A stretch of DNA of 64,000 nucleotides from Bigelowiella natans CCMP2755. Its lineage: Eukaryota; Protista; Cercozoa. Location: contig ADNK01002372.1 of assembly GCA_000320545.1 (NCBI GenBank), positions 1-64,000 of the forward strand, read 5' to 3'. The notes beneath the pieces are model-generated. The model was not told the DNA's origin and did not search any database. It saw nothing but the letters and a program-made list of their open reading frames with translations. Made by a program: the position numbers and the translations under genes. Of the stretch, positions 54,901 to 64,000 are shown one piece after another; within the stretch, counting starts at the first letter, position 1, and every line of letters begins with the position of its first letter.

Positions 54901-57900
54901 AAAGGACGACATAAAATCTAAATGGATCAAGGCAGTCCAGAAAATTGTTAAAAGCGATAAAGCACTACGAAGTGTAGAATTCATGAGGTCTAAATCTTTG
55001 GCAGCAGCCGCTATGCTTCAGTGGGTTCTGGCTATTTTAGAATACTATGCTGTTGCGCAAACTGTAGAGCCTAAGAAGAAGAAAGTTGCAAAGATGGAAC
55101 AGGAAGCCTTCAAAGGTGCTACAAAACTCAAAAATACTCAAAAGAAAATTATGAAGCTGGAGAAGGCAATCGAAGAGAAAGCAAAGGAATTGAAAGAGGC
55201 ACAAGACAAATCTGAAATGCTCACAAAAAAGCAAAAAAAGATGGCCGAAAATCTTGTCGCTGCTGAACAACTAATTAGTGGACTGGCAAACAATAAAGTC
55301 AGGTGGAATGAAAACAGGGCCTCTTTCGCAGAAAAGAATGAGTTACTTGTTGGTGACTGCCTCATTGCCGCAGCTTTCCTCTCATATTCCGGTGCTTTCA
55401 ACTTCCAGTATAGGAAAACAATGATTTACGACGACTTCTGTGCAAACCTAAGAGCTTTGAAGGTGCCTATGTCTGAGGATTTTTCAGTATCAAACTTGTT
55501 AGCATCTGGTGTGGAGAAAGCGAAGTGGAGATCGGAAGGACTGCCCCCTGATGAACTTTCGATTCAAAATGGTATTCTTACGATTCGAAGCACAAGATTT
55601 CCTCTTTGTATTGACCCACAGTTGCAAGCATCCAACTGGATCAAGCAACGAGAGAAGAGCATTAGCGCAAAAACGCTTCAAATAGCAACGTTTAGGGATG
55701 ATGGGTTCATGAAGAAACTTGAGACTGCAGTACAATACGGATATGGATTTATCTTTGAAAACGTGGGAGAAGAAATAGATCCAATTGTCAACCCAATATT
55801 GGAAAAGAAATACACCGAAAAGAATGGGCAAAAAATCATTGTTCTAGGCGATAATGAAGTTCCATGGGATGATAATTTCCGTTTATATATGATATCAAAA
55901 CTAGGTAATCCAAGGTATAGTCCTGAAGTAGCCGGTCGTACTATGATCATCAATTACACTGTGACCTTGAAAGGACTCGAAGATCAGTTGTTGAGTTTCG
56001 TGATTGGCCATGAGCGCCCAGAATTGCAAAAGATCAGCAATGAACTCGTTCAAACCATTAGCAAGAACAATATTCTCCTCAACCAGCTTGAGGACAGCAT
56101 CCTGACGGACTTGTCAAATTCAGACGCTGACATATTAGAGAACAGGGCTTTAATTAAATCACTTCAAGAAGCTCAAAAAAAGAGTGGAAGTATTAGCAAA
56201 GACTTAAAGGAAAGCGAACAAACTCAAAGAGAGATTCTTGAAACAACAAGTAAATACCGCCCATCGGCAAAGAGAGGCTCTATTCTCTTCTTCTCAATCT
56301 CAAAGCTTTCTGAGATTTCCAAAATGTATGAGTTCTCTTTAGCTGCTTACCTCGTGGTATTCCTGAAAGCACTAGATAATTCTGACAAAGATAATGACAT
56401 TGAAAAGAGAGTGGCAAATATCGTCACAACTCTCACGGATAATGTTTACGACTATGTCTGTACTGGAATATTTGAGAAGCATAAGTTGATGTATTCTGCA
56501 CAACTTACGTTTATGATTATGCAAGGGGAAGAGAAGCTTGGCAATCCCCAAGAACTAGATTTTTTCCTTAAAGGAAATATATCACTTGATACGATTGATA
56601 AGGAACCGCCTGCACCATGGATTTCTGCTGCTGGTTGGAAAGATCTTCATAGATTAGCAACTATTGAGGGCTTTGAGGAGATATTTACTAGCATTAAGAA
56701 GGAGCTTCCTGCATGGGAAAAATGGTATGCTCTTGAAAATCCTGAAGAATCTAAGATGCCATCGGAGTATAGCGAGAAGCTGACTCCTCTACAGCAGTTG
56801 CTAATTTTGCGCTGTTTCCGTCAGGATCGTGTGAGTAGTGGTATTCGCAACTTCGTTATTAAGGAGATGAAATCCACAAAGTATGTGACACCTCCTGTTC
56901 TCGAGTACAGTAGAATATACAATCAAAGCACTAGGGTTACACCTGTGGTCTTCATTCTTTCTCCTGGTGCTGATCCGGGGGGAGAACTTCAAAAGCTTGG
57001 AGCTAGGATGAATTTTTTCCCCGGAAAGTTCCACGAACTGGCACTTGGTCAAGGCCAAGCAGAAGCAGCTCAGAACCTGCTAGATATGGGATCAAAGAAG
57101 GGGCATTGGGTTATCCTTCAAAACTGCCACCTTATGCTTTCATGGCTTCCTACATTGGAGAAATGGCTTGAATCCCTCGCAACGAGAACGCCTCACGAGG
57201 ACTTCCGGTTATGGCTGACAACAGACCCAACCCCTAAGTTTCCTCTTTCTATTCTGCAAATGTCGCTGAAAGTGGTAACAGAGCCTCCAGATGGACTCAA
57301 ACTTAACATGCAAGGATCATACTCTAAAATCACTCAAGAAGAATTGGATGAATGCCCTCACGATGCATACAGACCATTAGTCTTCGTCCTTTCCTTCTTC
57401 CACGCAGTGGTGCAGGAAAGACGTAAGTACGGGAAGGTTGGATGGAACGTTGCTTACGACTTCAATGACTCTGACTTTTCCGTCTCAAAGCAGCTTCTTG
57501 GAATGTATTTAACCAAGTCATTCATAAATAAAGATGAAAACATTCCATGGGGTTCATTGAGATATCTGATAGGGCAAGCAATGTACGGAGGTCGTGTGAC
57601 GGATGACTATGATAGGCGTATCCTTGTCACATACCTTGAGGAGTACATGGGAGATTTTCTTTTTGATGATTGCCAGCCTTATTTCTTTGCTAGAACAGAT
57701 AAGTTTGACTACAAGGTCCCCGAGCTTGGAAGTATCGACAACTACAACAACGCCATTCGTCAATTACCGGATGTAAACTCGCCTGTTGTGTTTGGGCTTC
57801 ATCCAAATGCAGAGATTCAATATAATACAAATACAGCGAAAACGATTTGGTCTGATTTGATCAGCCTTCAACCTCGATCAGCAGGTGCAGGAGGCGGAAA

Positions 57901-59199
57901 ATCTCGAGAAGAACATATCAAAGAAACTGCAGAAGCTCTACTGAAACAAGTTCCTCCTCCTGTGGACCTCCTTGTCACTCGTAAGATGTTTGAAAGGCTT
58001 AGAAGAAATCAAGTCCAATCTAAAACACGTAAAAATAAAGCAAAAGCAAAGGCTGCAAAAAGAATCGTGTCAAAGCGAGGAGGGAAAAAGAGTCGAGGAA
58101 AGGGGGGAGAAAAGAAGAAAGAAGGAGGGTCTAATTTTGATTTGTCGTTGCTTCTCCCACCAACTACGGTAATAGCAAAATAGGCTACTTAAATTTATCA
58201 TCCTTAAATTTTGGTCTGATATCATTTATCTAATGAATGCTGTCTGTCAGGTTGTGTTGCTTCAAGAGCTAGAGAGATGGAATGCCTTGTGTACAAAAAT
58301 GGCGGAACTGCTAGATCTACTTCTGAAAGCCCTGAAAGGGGAAGTAGGAATGTCTCAAGATTTAGATGATTTATCGTTTTCTTTGTTCAACGGATTGCTT
58401 CCTGCTCCTTGGCGCAAGTTGGCCCCCGGAACCCAGAAGAAACTAGGGTAAATGATCTTCTAGTTGCTTGCTGCTTCCCCATCACATTACATATATTACT
58501 AACACTGTGTTTGTTTTCATTCAATTTCTTCTATTCCAGTGGGTGGATGGTCCATTTCCAAAGACGGCGTGCACAATATGAAGATTGGTTGAAACACAAA
58601 AAGGATCCAAAGGTGGTGTGTGTTGGAAATGTGATAGATCATTTGTATTGAGTTCAAGATATCTTTCCTCTTATCAAGTATATTACTCATCGTTATTGCC
58701 TCATACAATGCGTGATGTGAATAATGATGATGCCATCACATAGGTAATGTGGTTGTCCGGGCTGCACATTCCTGAGTCATATCTTACGGCTTTAATTCAA
58801 ACCACCTGTCGCGAAAAAGGATGGCCCTTAGATAAGAGTGTGATGTACACTTCGGTTACAAAGTTTGAGGATGAAGATGATGTCAAAGAAAAACCAGAAC
58901 AGGGGTGCTACATAACTGGGCTATACCTAGAAGGAGGTGGTTGGGACATCAAGAAGGCTTGCATCTGCCCCCAAAAACCAAAAAAATTGGTGGAGAATCT
59001 TCCGATATTGCAAGTCACACCGATCGAGAGTAATAAGCTAAAACTCCAGAATACCTTCCGCACTCCTGTGTACGTAACACAAAATAGACGCAATGCGATG
59101 GGCGTTGGTTTAGTGTTCACGGCGGATTTAGCGACAGAGCAACATATAAGTATGTGGGTTCTTCAAGGAGTTGCTCTTTGCCTTAATATCGCAGACTAG
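43800..59199 (+). CDS. DNAH10: Axonemal inner-arm dynein heavy chain, I1/f alpha (DNAH10-like); start approximate; main exons 44888-48817 and 49022-58168
   Basis: DHC_N1 tail (EAKDNVKFLRTLE, WIISRHYN). P-loops GPAGTGKT, GPTAGGKS, GESGTAKT and GVGGSGKQ, whose P2/P3 forms are typical of DNAH10. C-terminal WVLQGVALCLN. Confidence 0.93.
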
Positions 59200-59474
59200 T
59201 CTGTGTAGTTGGACCGAATGACATGGGGCAATGAAACAATTTTTTTGTTGTATTCTAAAATTCATGTGCTCTTTCTACCTTTGACGGTCTCATGCATGCA
59301 CAATGAGATGCATCATCTTTCGATCAGCAAATCGTGCATTCTACCGCTGGATGCATTTGCTAAGACGTGTCTACACTAGTACAGCTAGACAGCTAGAGCA
59401 CGAAGCACACGGTTAACGATGTGTTTCGCACATATTGTACAACATGCAAGTCACTAAGTGCAATGCATCATGCA

Positions 59475-59850
59475 TTGCATAGCTACGCTCTTGAGGATGG
59501 CCATTGAACAAATTTGATTTGATTCATTGCATCCGTCCCACATGGTAGCATGGCTAAATGCTAGGATGGCCTAGCTAGCTAGCGCAAGGCGCACGGCTCA
59601 TTGCAACTGTCGTATGCACTGATGCGCATGTGTGATCGAGACGGATGCAATGAAGTGTATAGACTAAATTGTTTCAATAGTCATCCTAATGTAGCTATCT
59701 AGCTATGCAAAGCAGCGGCTACGTACAGCTAGACGACAGCGCTTATGTTGTATCTATTTGTCTCCGCTTTCACTTGTTTCATGCATTTGAAAGCATCTGC
59801 ATCCTGTCGTCGATGTCTCGCAGTATCGTACGCGCAGCATCGACGAGTGT
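59475..59850. repeat. Two back-to-back terminal fragments of the 24367 TIR family (59475-59537 on -, 59640-59850 on +)
   Basis: Both begin gacggatgcaatgaa. The + copy aligns with 24367-24545 over about 200 bp. Confidence 0.65.
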
Positions 59851-59902
59851 GCGACATTGAACCAACAATCGCACTTATTGATCTCACAGCACACATAGTC
59901 TC

Positions 59903-59945
<43 letters not shown>

Positions 59946-60146
59946 GGCGTACACAGCTAGTAGCATTGCAGTCAAGATGACTGGAATGATCAAGCTTAGC
60001 ACACCTCTATAATGTGCACTCGTGTGCACGAGCAAGCCGTACGTTTGCGCCTCGAAAATGCTTCGTGTATAGCATCGTGGCAAATATTGTCCATGCATGC
60101 ATGCTTCCTTGGTGATGTGGCAATGGTTCTATCTGAGTAGCGATAT

Positions 60147-60514
60147 TTAAGCTGCGGCAGCTGGGAGAGAAACCTTTCGTCGTAATGATGATGTCCCCGT
60201 GTGATCAATCCTCCGAATCTAAATCAATGGCAAACAATAGATGATATCGTATTGAAGCTCAGCATTTTCATCGTCATTCAAGCATGAATAACCTTGATGG
60301 GCATTTCCTCTATTACGTACACGTCCTCAGTATTCCTATTGCCTTCATAGGATGTACGATGTTGTTGATTCAACTTAGTAGTAGCAATGTTTGAGTGCAT
60401 AGTACGAGTTTGTGGTATTATCTTCTTGTGCGTCTGATGTAGAGTAGTAGTAGCGTCGTCTGGTCGTGAATAGTTTTGCACCCATGCCCTTGGTTCATGA
60501 TGATGGGGAGATCT

Positions 60515-60548
<34 letters not shown>

Positions 60549-63500
60549 GAAGGAAGAGTCGTCCGACTCATATTTCCTACCCTCCTCATCAACGACGATG
60601 TATGAGTTGTGGGTGTTGCTGATGCTGCTGCTGGTGGTGGTGGTGGTTGCGGTTGTTTTGAAGTGGAAGAAAGCTGAGCAGCGAAGTCACTACTGGAATG
60701 ATAATTATTCCGTCGTTCGGCAGTGCTCCTCCTCCCCCCTCTCCTCAGCGTCTGTTGGTTCAATGACGATGACAGCTTCTGTTCTACCCCTCTCTGCTGC
60801 TGCTGCTGCTGCTGCGGATAGCGATGATGATGCTGGTGATGGCGGTGCGGGTGGCGATTTAGTTTGGAACTATTTTTACTCAAATTTAGAGTTTCTTCTT
60901 GAACTCGAGAATGATATTTTCCTTCTCTGTAACGATTGCTCGATCCAGATGAGGTTTCTTTCTTTTTATCGGTGTATTTTTTGGTCGTTGTAGTATCAGC
61001 TGCTCGCTCTTTTGTTGTGCTTTCTGACACTTTTTTTACGGGAGGATGATGCCCCTCTCTATCATTAAATAATGTTGTTATTAGCAAAAGTCAAAAGCCA
61101 AGGAGGGAAGCAGCCGCGGTAACAAAAAGTAGTATCGTTATGTATCATGCGTAGTAACAAAGTATCGTCATGTATCATGCGTAGCAACAGCACTCCTTGA
61201 CTCGTTAATCGAAGTTGTGCTGTTAAAGTAGTAGTACTGTTTTCTTATGATGACGGAGCTGGATGAATGCCGATAAGAAGAAGACCTGAATTGTGGTAGT
61301 GGAAACATCACATGACTATTATCTTCCCACAAACCTACTTCATAACGATCAAGTGACTAATCATTTAACCAATCAGTACTCCTTGTTAATTTGATTTGAG
61401 AATAATTAATATGCTGCTAGTTTATATTTTGTTTTGCCAACCATCGAGATGTGGGCCGTGTCGGTTGAGGAGAGCTAAAAAGCATAAAAGCAGGAAAGAC
61501 CGAAAAGGAAATGTAAACGATTCTTGTTATCAATACTATCGTTTGAATTTGTCATCATTCAAATCCAATCATACAAAACCAAAATCCAATATGATAATAG
61601 AGTGATTCTTCTTCTTTAAAGGCAGCCAGCAGTCAGTGTGCTGCCAGTATATTGATGGTGATGGTGTTTATGATGATGATGATGTTGATGTCTTTGACTA
61701 GATGATAAGAGACTTAGACCTAGGAGGTCCCTCCTTATCTTCCACGCTGCTGCTTAAACCGCGGCGGCTTCTACGAAAAAATAAATATCTTTAATATCAC
61801 ATTGTCACGTAATGACTTCCTTGACTTTACCAACTAAGAAATAACGGTGAATTGTTAGAGTTTGCTACTACTACTACTGCTACTACTACTACCACTACCA
61901 CCTGTGGATTTTATTTCTGAGACTCGGAGTCGTAATAATGTGCTGCTGCTGCTGCTGCTGCATTGGTGATGGGTCACTCTGTTTTAGGCCGTGCTTCTTC
62001 CTGTTGTTATCCTTCATCGGTGTTGTCATTGAAGTAGCCACGATTGCTCGAGAACCTCTCTCCTCCTCCTCTTCCTCCTCCTCCTCCTCCCTTCGGTTGT
62101 TGTTTCTGTTGGTGGTGTCTTTTATGTACAAGTTGTCCTGCTTCTCTTTCAACCGATGATGATGTTGTCTCGAGGCGGCTAGTGGTTGCGATGATGATGA
62201 TAAGACTGCATAGCAGCCCTCTCTTCCTCTTCCTTGTTCTTTAACACCCCCTCCTCCTACCCCCCCTTTGTTCTCTGCCATTTTCTTCCTAATTCTTTTC
62301 TCGTTATGTAGTGCTACGGCGTCGTCGTCATCGTCATCAGCACCGCCTAATTGTCTTCCCGTCCTTTTCCTCATCATGTTGTTGTTGTTGTTGCCATTCT
62401 TCCCATAGGGTTGGGCTTGATACGTGCGCTCTCGCCGTAGATAATAATCAGAATCATGAAGATAATGGCGACGACGACTCCTATCAACACGACGTCGCAA
62501 GCGTGGTGGCGTTATCCGACTTTTACTCCTTTTCCTTTCGATCTGATTACATGAGGAGACACCCATCAATGCATGTAAAAGTAAAGATGAGACGAGCTAC
62601 AACCAAAATGATGATGATAAAATTATTTGCTGCTACTGCTGCTGCTACTGTTTTATTGCTAATGTTCCTGAATGTTAGATATGATGATAACAACAACCTT
62701 TACTGCGATCTTCCTTGGGAGTAATCTACTGGTACTGGTGTGGGCATTATTATGATGTTGATGTTTCTGTAGCGCACTTCTATCTTTAGCATCAATATTC
62801 TGTTGCTGCTTCCTCCAGTGCCTTCTGTATGATCTTGATCCATCACCATCATTATCACGATGATCACCATCTCTATTCATATCCTCGCCTTCAACCTTAC
62901 GCTGCTGCTGCCATTGTCCCTCTCGATGACGACGCGCATGGTCGTAGTTGCGCCATTGATGATTACGCCTGAGCTCATCATCATCATCATCATCATCAAA
63001 CTGTGCGTCCGATATTACAAGCCTCCTTTTCCTCCTCCTCCTCCTTCTTTCACGGGAATTTGTAGCAGCCCCACCACCATCATCATGATAATAATAATCA
63101 TCATCATCACCACCACCATCCCCCACGACCAACTTCTTGTTCTTACTATTCTGCTCATTGTGCTGCTGCTGCTGCTGTGGAGTATTGAGGAGGAGCTTCT
63201 TCCTGGTATTGGGGTTGTTTGTTGTTGAAGAAGATATCCTCCTTGTGGCCTCCTCCTGCTGCTGCCGTGGTCTCACAACATTATTATTATCATCATCATC
63301 ATCATCGTAGCAGTAGTAGCCGTGCTTCTGAAGAGGTTGTTCATCTTTATTCAGCCGATAAGAACAAGAAGACCGACCAACGCCACCAGATCTACTTACA
63401 TCGCGATGATGATGATAGTGATTATAGAGTGATTGCCCACGGGGAGAATGATGAGAGCAAGAAGGAGCAGCAGCAGGAGGAGCAAGAGGAGGAAGTGCTT

Positions 63501-64000
63501 GTCGTATCATTGGTCTATTAGAATGATAATTATTAGAATATGATCGACGATGATCTTCTCCTCCCTGATGCTGTTGCTGCTGCTGCTGGTGGTGGTGTTT
63601 ACTACTAGTAGTAGTACTATGACGATAACGGCTGAGAGGAGGAGGGGGAGACACACTCCTCCTTGTCCTCCTCCTTGTCGTCATCCTCTTCACATCGCTT
63701 TGTCGTCGTTTGAGAATGAGCATGTTGCTACTATTTGCAGTTTCCACCATATGTTGTGCAAACGATGAGCTATTGGCCTCTTTTTCTCGTCGTCCACTAC
63801 CAGCACCAGCACCATAGTCTTCCCCCCTCCGTTTCTTGTTGTTGTTGCAGAAGGTGGTGGTTCCACTGATCTCCTTATTCTTATTCATAGTCTCTCTCTC
63901 CTCGTATGGATTCTGCTTCTTCTTCTTCTGTACCATACTACTTCCTACTACAAAGTCTTCCTCCTTTTTATTATCATTCTTCCTGTTCTTCGCAACCACG
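60147..64000 (-). CDS. Partial low-complexity (R/H/Q/S/D-rich) protein of unknown function; 5' end beyond the window
   Basis: Long same-strand open frames 63999-62659, 62569-61895 and 61087-60278 can be joined by plausible GT-AG introns. The last exon ends IRRIDHTGTSSLRRKVSLPAAAA*. No domain recognised. Confidence 0.55.

Noticed and set aside
45653-57763. Antisense ORFs of up to 269 aa within dynein (similar ones occur in Hsp90)
   Set aside because: Expected shadows of long coding exons, with no independent motifs.
1-64000. tRNA, rRNA, snRNA or telomeric repeats
   Set aside because: None recognisable by eye. An Infernal/tRNAscan-SE run would be needed to exclude small ncRNAs.

Overview
Eukaryotic nuclear DNA from an intron-rich, flagellated protist (SAR-like, possibly chlorarachniophyte/rhizarian; this assignment is tentative). 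I reconstructed the spliced genes by hand. In order they are: HCF101/Mrp-type Fe-S scaffold ATPase (partial, -), TDP2-like EEP phosphodiesterase ending in a CaaX box (+), a secreted coiled-coil protein (-), V-ATPase subunit B (+), cytosolic Hsp90 (+), a CDC123-like ATP-grasp protein with an N-terminal WH2-like motif (+), a Cnx1/gephyrin E+G fusion (-), a flavin-reductase-like protein (+), HIRA (-), axonemal dynein heavy chain I1-alpha/DNAH10 (+) and a partial low-complexity protein (-). Many introns and exons are full of TA-containing microsatellites. The strongest unexplained signal is intergenic: spacers downstream of genes, which carry TIR-element relics, have lost almost all TpA dinucleotides (one stretch of about 1.5 kb has none). 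They are rich in TG, CA and CG, and the surviving TpAs sit mostly in CTAG. Homologous repeat copies show TA, CA and TG at the same position. This suggests a repeat- or intergenic-targeted A:T->G:C hypermutation process at TpA, a reverse of fungal RIP. Counts and exon boundaries were made by eye and need computational confirmation.
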